Origin: an uncultured Nitrososphaerales archaeon
Lineage (GTDB): Archaea; Thermoproteota; Nitrososphaeria; Nitrososphaerales; Nitrososphaeraceae
NCBI GenBank assembly: GCA_963713605.1
Contig: CAVQMO010000010.1
Span: 992,001 to 1,056,000, forward strand
Direction: 5' to 3'
DNA length: 64,000 nt
Shown here: piece by piece, positions 34,680 to 45,909 of the stretch
Position numbering within the stretch: position 1 is the stretch's first letter
Layout of the letters: the number at the start of each line of letters is the position of its first letter
Position numbers and translations under genes: made by a program
Notes under the pieces: model-generated
What the model was told of the DNA's origin: nothing
Databases searched by the model: none
What the model saw: only the letters and a program-made list of their open reading frames with translations

Positions 34680-35426
34680 ATGCCAAGTCCACTTGAATAT
34701 GAAGACTATCACCCAGAGACCGGACAACTAGAGAAAGTAATATTCGAAAGAATCTGTCCAAGATCATCCGACATAGTGAAGCATCAGTCTGGCATATTGG
34801 ACTACCCAGGACTAACGGTCGTGGCTCTTATAGGAGAAGATAATTTTTTAGACCATTTAAGTAATCTACAAAACATTAATTTTGGATTCACAAGAGTGGA
34901 TAAGTTGCATTGCACTCTGTTAGGGCTTCTAGACGGAAATAAACAAGTAAATGCAAACTCAGAATTTAAGAAAGTCGTTTATGATTCAGTAAAAAAATAT
35001 ATCGATCAGCAAAGATTTGGAGCTCTTCGACTTGAATTTGATTGTATTAGGCCTGGTACATGGCGCCTCGGTAAGAATAAGAAACTAGTAAATAATTGTA
35101 GTAATGGAATTGTTATTGCAACTGGTAATATTGCAGCAGCTGTCAATAAGAAATTTTGTGAGATTGGCCGCTCTTTATCTAAATATCTTAGAAATGAGTT
35201 AGATTACATATTTGAGCCAGACTTTACCAGAAAGTTTCCAACCCTGTGGTGTACTTTAGGATATTTTGATTGTGCAGACTTTGACATTTCAGATGAGTTG
35301 TTAAACCTGTTTAATGCCGTAAAAAAATTGAATATTACTTTAAACATTGACCAACTTAGTATGTTTGAGTTTTACTCGAGGACACTAGAAAGGAGTACCC
35401 GATACAGAATTCCACTTACACTATAA
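34680..35426 (+). CDS. 2H-phosphoesterase-like protein; second motif degenerate
   Basis: LHCTL plus a second motif LWCTLGY about 110 aa later. Confidence 0.5.
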   Translation: MPSPLEYEDYHPETGQLEKVIFERICPRSSDIVKHQSGILDYPGLTVVALIGEDNFLDHLSNLQNINFGFTRVDKLHCTLLGLLDGNKQVNANSEFKKVVYDSVKKYIDQQRFGALRLEFDCIRPGTWRLGKNKKLVNNCSNGIVIATGNIAAAVNKKFCEIGRSLSKYLRNELDYIFEPDFTRKFPTLWCTLGYFDCADFDISDELLNLFNAVKKLNITLNIDQLSMFEFYSRTLERSTRYRIPLTL

Positions 35427-35774
35427 CATCATTTAGGTTTCAAGTCTTCAAAACTGATCACACATTATACCATAACTGAGTCATCCGTAGCTATTGCTAC
35501 TATTAACTACTCCATAAACGTGGGAAGTATACTGTGTAGAGGCCAGAGTTAAAGCGATAACCAATGCTGAAGACGAACACAATATCAAAAGTAATGCTGG
35601 TTTTCCCTTGTAAGAGAAATTGATCATTGGTTAGTTCGACTAAATGAATTTTTATAAAGGTAAGTAAATTAGAGTTTACGATATAGCAAAACAGAACTGG
35701 TTAGGTTTTTCTATACGATTACTTTCTTGATAGCTGAGAATAGTACAGAGACAAGATATCATTTTGCGTTAGTC

Positions 35775-35840
35775 TGAGCCCAATTTCTAGGTCGAAAATG
35801 GTTTACACACCCTTGGGGCCACCATAAAATAGGTTCAGAA
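35775..35840 (+). repeat. att-like dispersed repeat, copy 3 (left arm B, core, diverged right arm)
   Basis: TGAGCCCAATTTCTAGGTCGAAAATGGTTTACACA-CCCTTGGGGCCA-CCATAAAATAGGTTCAG. Confidence 0.75.
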
Positions 35841-37178
35841 CGTTTAAAAGCTCTCTTTGTGATTGAGGCTTATGTGTTTAGGGGTGAGGTATTTCAACCG
35901 ACTTTTTGCCCGGTAACTCATATCGTATATTCGTCGAGGGTCTGAAATCTCCGGTCGCATAGTTTTGCTCTTCAAAAATACATTAACTATCTAAAGATCA
36001 GCAAAACAAATGAATTGTTAATTCAAATCCCAAGATTGCGCAGGATCAAATCATTGATTACCTCATCCATTTAGAAAATCCTCCTCATTCATTAAGATAC
36101 GCCACCGGGTACCCTAGACAGCAATCTGCTAGCGAGTATGGAGCTCCACGACAAATACCAGGATAGTTAGTGTTCTGTGGAAATATAATAATCACTAATT
36201 TGATAGATAGACTATCTATAGTTAATAGCCAAATAATATTGTTGTTATCTAATACGTGGTACCATAGGAATGACATCTATAATCAATAAGGAACCAGCCT
36301 CGCATAATAGACCTAGCAATCTACCCAGCATTCTAATCTATATTATTCCTATCGACCCAACAATAAGTCATATTTTAGTAAATCTTATTTTGGATTCTAT
36401 TATTTTTATAAATAATTTTATGAAGATATCATCAGTTTGATACCGTTACCTGCAATATTCAACCAACTGAACAGAATGTTAGTATGCTTTGACTATTGAA
36501 ATTTCGATTACTTGTCTAAAACACTTCGAATGACATAACTAGATTGTTCCCCAAGGATTATCGATGATCATACGCCATGTACCGTCAGACTGTTGACGTA
36601 GGACATCAGCGAGCGGTCCCAGTAAGACTAACAGGATTACCATCAGTTCCTGTTCCATTGAAGGACCATCCACTAATCACTAGAGCAAGATTACTTGTCT
36701 GAATTATTCTCATTACTTTTAATTCTAACTTGCCTTTCATGTCGATAAATCCTTAGTCTTTGGCGTACGCCTTGTTGATCTTTGACAATTTGTCCTGGTT
36801 GAAAAGCAAAACATGCCTCGATAACTGCAGAGTTAAAGAATGGGTGATACAAAGGATGAGATATGACAAGTATCTAAATAAGGTAATAGGAAAAGTCTAC
36901 AAATCAAAAATGAAACCCGGCGGATTGTAATCAGATATCATGTACGGATTGTTCATTCAAAAGAGTTAAATCCGTATTAATGAGTTCAGGAAAGAAGGGT
37001 AATAAGATTATCCTTAGCTTATCTAAAGGATCATTTCCTTAGTGTATGAGTTCCTTAATACTTTAAAAAACAGTATTTTTTATCGTAACCTATGCCTATC
37101 AGGAACATCGATAATGGTTCAATACCAATACTACATATTCTGTAATCGGTAATGAACCCCTTTACATACGGGAATCTA

Positions 37179-37236
37179 ATCTTGTTGAACACAATTCTTC
37201 GATAATCATCTTGTTGAACACAATTCTTCAATAATC
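37179..37236 (+). repeat. 29-bp tandem repeat x2 downstream of ferritin
   Basis: ATCTTGTTGAACACAATTCTTC(G/A)ATAATC twice. Confidence 0.9.
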
Positions 37237-37291
37237 ACCTTATCTACCTCCAAAGCTGTATTTGTGATAACAACTCTCTCAAAAAGTAAGT

Positions 37292-37843
37292 TCAACTCGA
37301 GCTCTGCTTCTTAGCCGATACCTGAGATCTAATTGAAGCCAGGGATTGATCAATTTGATATACCGCCAATTTCTCTCTGCCAAATATCTCAAACTTTTGA
37401 AGGATCGTTTGAAATAGGATCTCTTCTTCAACTTGTTCGCTTACAAACCATTGTAAGAACAGGTATGTAGCACGGTCTTTTTCTTTTTCAGCAATTTCTA
37501 CTAAGCCGTTGATGAGCATAGTAACAGTCTGTTCACTCTGCAAAGCGGATTGAAAAGTAGATTCTAGTGAATCGAATTTACCTTGCGGTCTTTCTATTGG
37601 TGGAATTATAGCTTCGGCTTCAGCATTATTAAGATAGTGGACGAACTTTAACATGTGTGTATTTTCCTCAATTGCTTGTTCAAAAAAGAATGTTGCACTT
37701 CCATCATATCCAGTTCTTTCACACCATGATCCCATCGCAACATATGCATTGATAGCTGATGCTTCATAAGCAATTTGATCATTGATCGCTTTTTCCATTT
37801 GTGATGTGATTCTCATTCCAACAACCTTAGTATTTTTTGGCAT
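37292..37843 (-). CDS. ftnA: Non-haem ferritin
   Basis: QIAYE..A..Y, EENTHM, EQTVT..IN.L and FLQWFVSEQVEEE ferroxidase motifs. Confidence 0.92.
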   Translation of the reverse strand: MPKNTKVVGMRITSQMEKAINDQIAYEASAINAYVAMGSWCERTGYDGSATFFFEQAIEENTHMLKFVHYLNNAEAEAIIPPIERPQGKFDSLESTFQSALQSEQTVTMLINGLVEIAEKEKDRATYLFLQWFVSEQVEEEILFQTILQKFEIFGREKLAVYQIDQSLASIRSQVSAKKQSSS

Positions 37844-37965
37844 GTATATTTTTTTTGGTTTCTCGTAAATTTTTTAAGACACTTTAAAGTCTTGCCGGTG
37901 TAGAATAATTAAGCAATCTAACCAAGTTCCATCTCTTGACTTCATAGGGATATCAATGGTGTTTA

Positions 37966-38190
37966 TTAACCGTCGCCAATGGTTCCATTAGTTCCTATTC
38001 TCAATACCTGGCCAAAGGTTCCGCCGTTGTCAGTGCTAAATCTTACTACTGGTTCCGAGCTTGTAGAATTAGTTTCGCACCAACCTACGATTACGTTATC
38101 GTCAGTAGCTTCCACATCAAAGTCAGTTGAATTGGACCAGTTGAGTTACTGAGATTAATCTTGTCTGCATAAGTTTGTCCACCGTCTCCT
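37966..38190 (-). pseudogene. C-terminal fragment of an Asp-box (BNR/sialidase-like) protein
   Basis: DGGQTYADKINLSNS...STDNGGTFG. Confidence 0.65.
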
Positions 38191-38291
38191 GATTCAGGTA
38201 TGTGGTTGTCACTGCAGTCCTGGCATTAGCAAAAAGAAATAGGTAGAAGCTAAGGTTCTATCCTTATTTTCTTGATTTGCCCCCTATACAA

Positions 38292-38831
38292 CTATTGTCC
38301 CATCGACATCATTCCTTCCATTCCTTCCATTCCTTCCATTCCTTCCATTCCTTTCATCATCTCCCCACCCATCATTGGGAAGCAAATCGCCATGTTCATC
38401 ATCTGTTGCAGGTGAGCTTCTGACATATTCCCCATCCCGCCATCTAATCCGCCGCTCGCCATCATCATCTGTTGTTGCATCATATTCATCGCCATTTGCT
38501 CAGTTGCATTATCACCATTTCCGTTCTCAGTGGCATTACTACCACCACCCAACATGCCTGAAAATGCACCAAGTAGATGTGCACATCATTGGCATTACCA
38601 TTACACCCATGTTAAACTGCATCATTGACATATTGCCGTTATCATCTCCCATCATCATATCTCCCATTGTCATCCCATCTTCGGTTTCATTATCACCATT
38701 ACCGTTCATCATGCTCATTAAATCCGACAGTGATGACCGTTTACTACTGATACATAGGGTGAGAAAAAAGACCCCACTAGCGCGGTAGCAATCAATGCGG
38801 TATACAAAAGACTTGCACTAAGTTTATTCAT
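38292..38831 (-). CDS. Secreted methionine-rich low-complexity protein with frameshifts
   Basis: MNKLSASLLYTALIATALVG signal, then MSMMNG..MTMGDMMM..MVMPMMC..CFPMMGGEMMKG(MEG)x4. Confidence 0.7.
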
Positions 38832-38913
38832 TATTTGTAGATTGAGTAGGTCCTACTTAAGGAATAGCTATGGTTTTTGAACCTTTAAAGATGCCAACTA
38901 TTGGAAGATCGCT

Positions 38914-39021
38914 AAATTAATCACTACATTAAGGACTGCAATAGAAAAAGGAGATGGGCCTTTGGATAAGGAAGCAACTAGTCATGACGACATTTTCGTC
39001 TTCACCATGTTTTGGTATTAG
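38914..39021 (+). pseudogene. Terminase-large-subunit-like C-terminal remnant 1
   Basis: KLITTLRTAIEKGDGPLDKEATSHDDIFVFTMFWY*; homologous to 50190 and 50971. Confidence 0.55.
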
Positions 39022-39657
39022 TGAAAATGGTATATATCAAGAACACATTGAATGTTCGAGACGAAATCTATGAATAATATGAGTAACGAGTGTCTTTAAA
39101 TAAATTGGATTAATCAAACCTGTGATTCATGAAGGTCGGATCCTCACCAGGATTATCAGTCAAACAGCTGACTGGGTCAGGTTCAAGAATCGGTCTAACT
39201 TTGATTATCACGTTGATGGTAATGTCGTCTCCTATGTTGATCTTCTATCGGCCAAAAGTAATAATGTTAATACTAGTAGCCAACATCATGGTTTCTCATT
39301 AGAAGGCACCTCTCTTTCTCTAAGATATTCTGGGGAAGGAGAGAGACCTATTGAAACACAAAAGAAAAGGCAATCATCAATCCTCTATGAAATTATAGAT
39401 GAAGGTCGGCGTTATCTGCAGCCATTCGCGCAAACGCATTATCTCATGCGATGTAAAATCTAGAATTCCAATCCCAGGCTGTGGCTTTTCGTGTAATTAA
39501 CTTCATCTCGGATTCAAAGCAGCAACATAAGCATTAATTCAATTTCAATCAATGCGTTTTGATTCTGGCGAAATTGGTAGATAGATGGGTTTACCATTTG
39601 TGAACTTGACCTTTCCTTTAACTCTTATATCTCAGATTCATTAAGTTAAGTCAATTC

Positions 39658-40140
39658 ATGTCACCTCAGGAGAATATAAGAATTGTTAAACGTGTTATTG
39701 ATGCTTTTAACACAGGAGATACAAGTAAGGTTCACGAGTTCATAAGTCCAGAATATGTTAATAGAGAGTCCCAAAAACATAAAGATTCGCACAGATCCCA
39801 ACTTAGAGGACCTGAAGAACTAATGGATACTATCAAGAATTTACGCAACGCGTTTCCTGATCTCCATTATGAAGAACACGAAATTGTTTCTCAAGGAAAT
39901 AAGACAGTGTTTATAGGTAATGTAACAGGGACACATACAGGCAATTTTTTCTTTGTTCCTCCAACAAAGAATAAGATCTCTTATGAAGCTGTACACATAT
40001 TTACAATTGGCAATGATGGAAAAATAACAGAGCATAGAGCGATAAGAGATGATCTCAAGTTTATGGGGCAATTAGGGTTGGTTAAAGCTGCATCCTCTGA
40101 GCACGAGAGCTTTTTCAAGTTATGGAAAGGATTAGAGTGA
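39658..40140 (+). CDS. SnoaL-like ester cyclase
   Basis: AFPDLHYE, TGTHTGNF..VPPT..I, RDDL..MGQLG. Confidence 0.88.
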   Translation: MSPQENIRIVKRVIDAFNTGDTSKVHEFISPEYVNRESQKHKDSHRSQLRGPEELMDTIKNLRNAFPDLHYEEHEIVSQGNKTVFIGNVTGTHTGNFFFVPPTKNKISYEAVHIFTIGNDGKITEHRAIRDDLKFMGQLGLVKAASSEHESFFKLWKGLE

Positions 40141-40753
40141 TAATGATGGCCAAAGAACTGAATCTCTTATCCATTAAAAGATAAAACCATAATGTTATGT
40201 CTTCGAATGTATCTTCATCTAAAACTTCAACTGAGAGACCTTCCCTGATATACTAAAGTTTTCTTGATCTTCGGTAATTTTCGAACGATAATAAGAAAAC
40301 TGATTGATCAACAAGCGAATGTATTAGGTGAAACTGTGGACAATGTGTAAGATCCAGGATCAGGACTCTTATGTCAGCGCCACAACACTTTAGGGCAGAT
40401 ATTTATTTACCTGGGATTTATCACTATTTTCAATTGTAATGCCTTTTGAAGTAACGATAATGAAGTGTTCTGTATTATACTTTTCCTTGTACTGCTTGGC
40501 TTTTTCTATATCTTTTGATGGTACGTCTTTCCCTGTTTTCATATCCCAAGGAATCGGAGTGCCTGCAAGCCTATTTATTTTCAGACGGAAAAGCTAGAAT
40601 CCACTTTCTGGCGAATTCTATGCGTTCTTTTGAAGATGCTTAGTAACAAGCCATTTTTAGTATATTAATATTCAAAAATATGGAATTCATAATCAGAATT
40701 ACTATTAGGCACTCACTGATATGGCTTAACAGTCAGATCTAGAGATGTATTGC

Positions 40754-41464
40754 TTATGCGAATATTTTCTTACGTGCAACCATCTCATTCTCAAGAAGAT
40801 TACTCTGATATTGGATACTCCTTTGTAAATAATGATTATTCCGAAGATCATCGTCATTATACAGAGTAATACCATTGATTTCGGAAGAGTATTTTCTTGT
40901 TGTGAAATTTCTAGATGGATCATCGACGTCAACCAAATTGCAATGAATCAAATGATATATTAGTTTGGCAGGTTTGTAAAATACCCTTTCTATGTACCTT
41001 TCCCTAATGAAATCTGGCTTTTCAAAATGCTTTTCAAATATTTTGATGCCATAAACATCTGGTGTATCCTTCATTTTATCATTGATAGGAGCACCAGTTT
41101 TGTATTCTTTAATCTTGGCAAGATTTTTAGAAAACTCATTTGCGTCTATAATCGCATACTCGTCTGAATCAATAACTAGAAGAAAATCTATCTCTTTGGT
41201 ACCGGCAATTTCAAGATACTTGTTTCTCTTATCTATTTCAGTAAGGTTAGGGTAGCTATAATAAATTGCATTAGGAAATGATTCTACAACTTTTCTTGAA
41301 TTATCAATACTGAGATCATGATCGTCATCAAAATGCTTGAACTTTCCATCGATTGCGATTATGAGATCGACATATGATTGTATGGAACTCAGACATCTCT
41401 GAAGTCCTTTCTCATCATCAAAGAATACAATTCCAGCAGCAGTTGTTACTATTTGGTTATTCAT
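40754..41464 (-). CDS. GT-A/GT2-like glycosyltransferase, copy 2 (identical to 13311..14021)
   Basis: Same 236-aa protein; no nucleotide difference found by eye. Confidence 0.65.
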   Translation of the reverse strand: MNNQIVTTAAGIVFFDDEKGLQRCLSSIQSYVDLIIAIDGKFKHFDDDHDLSIDNSRKVVESFPNAIYYSYPNLTEIDKRNKYLEIAGTKEIDFLLVIDSDEYAIIDANEFSKNLAKIKEYKTGAPINDKMKDTPDVYGIKIFEKHFEKPDFIRERYIERVFYKPAKLIYHLIHCNLVDVDDPSRNFTTRKYSSEINGITLYNDDDLRNNHYLQRSIQYQSNLLENEMVARKKIFA

Positions 41465-42057
41465 ATCGGTTATTCATTATGACCACAAATATTCCTTCTG
41501 AAGATGAAGTTACTCGATATCCAGTATTATCAGGTGGAGCTATTGATTAACATTAGCCTCTACCCTTGCACGACCTATTAATTTATGGTCCTTCGGTCAC
41601 GCATGATTCTGAACAACATTTGAACGCTTGTCATTATGTACTAGAGAACAACACTATTGAGGACATTTTATAACAGCAATCTCCAAATCTTGCAAAATAC
41701 ATTTCTTTAATGTTCGTATAGATTTATCTTTACTCATCTTAGCTAATACTTTGAACAGAATAGATGAGTTTCCGCTTAATTATAACTTAATGCAGCTTGA
41801 TGTACATCACTGGTGATATTTGGATTATATTCCATCTAAGTTCAGAAGATTTACTTCCAGGGCAGCCCTTTCATAAACTACTTCGCCTAATATTATGAAT
41901 TGAAGAAAGGAAGTTCTACTTAGTTCCAATGGCAGCGTAATGTTGTGGCCATACAAAGGACCCTGATGGCTTCAACGTAAAAAGAAAAAAAAGTTGTGAG
42001 CCCGATTATTACTTGCTACATTTTCATTTTGGCAATGATGTTGCAGTAATAATAGCT

Positions 42058-42219
42058 TTACATGTTACCTAACTGCACAATTTCGACATCGATCCCCTCA
42101 CCTAAATCTTGCAGTGCTTTCATGACCTGGTATTCGACATCCTGTGCTGAGACTGGAGTCTTAGAAGAAAACTTTGCTACAACAAAATACGTATGACTTT
42201 GGCTGCTATGCTTACTCAT
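42058..42219 (-). CDS. 53-aa hypothetical micro-protein
   Basis: MSKHSSQSHTYFVVAKFSSKTPVSAQDVEYQVMKALQDLGEGIDVEIVQLGNM*. Confidence 0.45.
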   Translation of the reverse strand: MSKHSSQSHTYFVVAKFSSKTPVSAQDVEYQVMKALQDLGEGIDVEIVQLGNM

Positions 42220-42567
42220 TATTTTAGCTTTTCCCAACTTCCTTTAATACGAATATGGCAGATATTACAATACCTTTTCTTCCTTAATATTATAGATGAT
42301 CATTATACCATCGTTGATTGCATAATTAGTACAATACCGAAACTATGCAAAATTAGCTAAAAGCGAGGCTCCCAGAATTGCAAGCCCTAAAATAATAGTT
42401 ATAAATTATCGAAGAACAAGTTACTAGGTATCAATATATTATTAACTAATAATCTTGTAATAGATATTCCAAGAATGGTATTTCTCAAGGGTAAAGTTAT
42501 TACTTATTCGCCTACTCATATACTTTGAATAAAAGGAGTAACTGTAGGTTGTTGTTGTTGTACCTTC

Positions 42568-43026
42568 CTAGCTATTTTTGAAGAAGGAACTGCTGGCAGC
42601 AATCATCTCATCACTATATTTCTTTTTAGAAAGCTGATCGAGGATCTCCCTGATTTCCTTGTTGTCTATGAGCAAGTTCATAACTTTAACAAGTTCTTCC
42701 TGTACAAGAGGAGTTGAATTCATTTCCAAAGAGTCAATTGCCTTAAGCTTCCATTGACAACTTACACCTTGTCCTATTAATGTCTGCGCCTTGTAGACAA
42801 CCTTTCCAAATGAAGTTACGCTATAAGTTCCGTTCTTTCTCTTTATTAGTCCTGCATCTAGCATACTAAACATTCTAGAATAATACTGTCGTTTAGTTAA
42901 TCCTAACCTCGTCAAGACGTTATGAGGATCCAGATCTTGATGAGCTATCGTCTCAAACAAGATCAATGCTTTGTCGTCGGAAAGTGCTTTTAGGGATTTT
43001 TCCACAGTTACTGATCGTTCCATCAC
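42568..43026 (-). CDS. Winged-HTH putative transcription regulator (ArsR-like)
   Basis: LKALSDDKALILF, LGLTKRQYYSR, GLIKRKNGTYSVTSFG, WKLKAIDSL. Confidence 0.75.
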   Translation of the reverse strand: MMERSVTVEKSLKALSDDKALILFETIAHQDLDPHNVLTRLGLTKRQYYSRMFSMLDAGLIKRKNGTYSVTSFGKVVYKAQTLIGQGVSCQWKLKAIDSLEMNSTPLVQEELVKVMNLLIDNKEIREILDQLSKKKYSDEMIAASSSFFKNS

Positions 43027-43197
43027 ATTTACATTTATGTTGAAAAAGGGAGTTAATATTTACTAGAGACTGTATCTTAGTTTTTACCAGAATAAGCTAA
43101 ATGCGTTCTTTTTACTAAAAAAGTATTTAGATTTGAATACTTTACATATTGAGGTCACATTTTCCAAATAAGAAGAATTAGGCTTTATAGTCTTTGC

Positions 43198-43379
43198 GTA
43201 TGGGGAGGCGCAGATTGACTCAGCATATTAATGTCCCATAGTTTGGCGCTAGCCGTCAGGTTTCTGATTACGTGCAGATGGCGGTCAGGGGAAGATGAAC
43301 GAAGCTAAGAAATGACTCAATATCCCAGACCTTAGTTTCTCACAAACTGTGCTCATGGTAAGCCCCCATACTTAGTCGA
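43198..43379 (+). ncRNA. Candidate structured RNA or 5' leader
   Basis: Several helices whose non-Watson-Crick pairs are G-U on the + strand; TTTATA at 43184. Confidence 0.45.
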
Positions 43380-43392
43380 AATACAAAAATTC

Positions 43393-43686
43393 ATGGGTAT
43401 CATATCGGATAGGACAAAAAGTTCAGGAGCCAACAGAGTACTTCATGTGGATCAGTTGGATGTTCTTCTAGACGGAGCTCTCAGCTTAGCAACCAATTTT
43501 GAGTATGACATTTTCAAAGAGGTCTTACAAAAGGAAGGTAAATCGTACGACCACGACAGAAGCATCCAGCAAGACGGTTTCCTCAAAACAGCAAATTCAT
43601 TTACCCGAGCGGGTAATATATCTACACAGCAAGCTCAGCAAATAATTCAGAGGCTCCCATATCCTGTGCAGGCCATAAAGGCATAA
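43393..43686 (+). CDS. Hypothetical protein
   Basis: 97-aa ATG ORF directly after the structured segment. Confidence 0.45.
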   Translation: MGIISDRTKSSGANRVLHVDQLDVLLDGALSLATNFEYDIFKEVLQKEGKSYDHDRSIQQDGFLKTANSFTRAGNISTQQAQQIIQRLPYPVQAIKA

Positions 43687-45159
43687 TTGGGATGTGCATA
43701 GAATCCTAGCTAACCATTTAAAGATGTGATCAAAACTTTTAGGTAGTTATCATGAAGCTTAACTGGTTAACTAAACTAAGTTGGCGAATACATTGAAGAA
43801 TTGCCGTCTACCGCAGGATGTAAGTTAGTATTTCATGTTTCTACCTTGACATAATGGCTAATGAATTCAGAATACTCTTTATGAAGATATTACCCCAGAT
43901 TTTACCCTGCATTTTTCCCCGAAACATGTTATTCTTGCTATTTTTTACCTTGTAGCCCGACCTTTACCCTGAAATAATTATATATTAAGATTTGTTGTCG
44001 AAGCCGATGAGAAAATGACGAAAATGGTAAATATCACAGGATTTTGTATTATCAACAATGGTATTGCCCTTCTTGCATATTACAATTCTTAAGTTTAAGT
44101 TTTACAATTGCAAATGATGATCAACCCAATCAAATTCCAACTAATCAACTGTCAGTCATTTCGCGGAGGGTTGAATAAATGCGCTATAGAAATCATTTGT
44201 TTTGTATGTGTAAACGACCACAAGTGAAGGAAAAGAAGGAAGGAATCGGGAATCTAAGAAATGACTAACTTTATTGTAATTGTAAAAATAAAGATAGACC
44301 CTCAGCAGTATATTGATTCCAGGTATGACGAGTACAAGAAATCAGTCGAGTCAAATCTACTACTGAAGCAAACCTGAGTCCACCCAACGAAACAGAGATT
44401 AAACTATTCGTGAGAAAACTAGTAGTAGATAGATTTTCTCTTGATAATGAAATCAAGAATGTCTATGTGGCAGAAGTATCTCAAGAAGAAGAATCCAATA
44501 AGAAATGACTACGACACCAGAAAGACAACAACAGGAGAAGAGGCTGGTCTTGTCAAGTAAATTATCCAAGTGATAAGTGTGAATATGAGAATACAAATAA
44601 GCAGGAGGGAACGAGGTACTCCTAAGGTAACGTCAAAGAAGTGACCGAATGGCCGAGTATTTCTATTGGAAAATGGCCCTTGTTTACAGTCTCAAGTTTC
44701 GTCACCTCTGATAAATCGGAGATTAGCAGACATTTCTTATTCTACAAGGTTTTGAAACTATATGGTTCATTGGCTTTGAACCTGAATTAGATTTCGAAGC
44801 AGACAATGAGAGTGAAGTATTTATCACGATGGAAGTCGGCCAAGATGGATGCGAACCACTTGAGCCAGATAAGACAGCATAGTGAAAAAGATTTCAAAAA
44901 CAGACAACTCAAAATAGTTGATCAATAAAAAATGTTCGCTAGTTAAAGGCCAAGAATATATTTTTAGACAGTTCCGTAATCTCATTGGCCAAGGATAATG
45001 GGTTGCATCGTGTCATTTTGTCTACACTGGTGAATGAACATTGAGCGGCAAACCTCGTTGGGCTTGTGCTATTTGTGGAATGTATTCTAGAAGAATATAC
45101 ATTGTTAAGCGTCATGTTGCCAATGCGCATAATGGTTTATCAATACATTGTCTCATTCG

Positions 45160-45410
45160 TTGATTATTTAGCTGGTCTGTCAATGATGGAATTATTGAGT
45201 GCGCTAGGAACGCTGGAAATGATGGAATAGCCAGGAGTCAAGGTAATGACTTAGTACATGGAAATGAAGGCAATGACATTGTTCAGGGTAATGAAGGTAG
45301 TAATCAGATATTTGGCGACAGTGGTGTAAACACACTAACTGGTGGCCCTGGGAGAGATACCATCCTTTGTGAGCCAAACGGAGGTACAATCACTGATTTT
45401 CTGATGTGAG
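45160..45410 (+). pseudogene. Hemolysin-type (RTX) Ca-binding repeat fragment
   Basis: GNAGND..SQGNDLVHGNEGNDIVQGNEGSNQIFGDSGVNTLTGGPGRDTILC. Confidence 0.7.
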
Positions 45411-45909
45411 ATCTGGAAACTGTATACTAGCGTCAGCATCCCCAGCATCATCAAATACAGAAGATATGACCAGTCACCAAACCAAAACTTCATCATCACT
45501 CAAAGAACATCATCACTAAAAGAACATGATTCTAAACATAACAATCTGAGTTCTAGTCACTACTCTTGAATTGCGAATTATGAAGCTCCACTGGATCTGA
45601 CATAGTCAAATGTTTGTTAGTGAATTCCACTTGCTGTGAGCATTTTTTGCTTCAGTTCCTATCAGTAGTATATCTCAGAGCAGCAACAGTTGCAACCAGA
45701 AATTCAGAATCAAGCAGAACTGGTTGTCTCGCTTAGTTCTTGAAGGTAGGTAAGATATACAATGAATCAACTAAAAACTGCAGCATTTCTATTCCAATGA
45801 TGAGAAAATATGATATGTGATACATTATGAATGAGCCAGGTACAATTTCGAGCGCAATCAGTGTAGGAAATAGACGTTAGAAAAAGTTTTAAGAATAGTT
45901 GTTGTATGA

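Noticed and set aside
40400..40570. DUF2130-like fragment (PIPWDMKTGKDVPSKDIEKAKQYK)
   Set aside because: The resemblance is from memory only and the stretch is too short to call
1750..42350. Recurring TTGCAT/ATGCAA inverted motifs (1782, 33270, 42318) as a regulon
   Set aside because: Spacer lengths are inconsistent and the motif is short in AT-rich DNA
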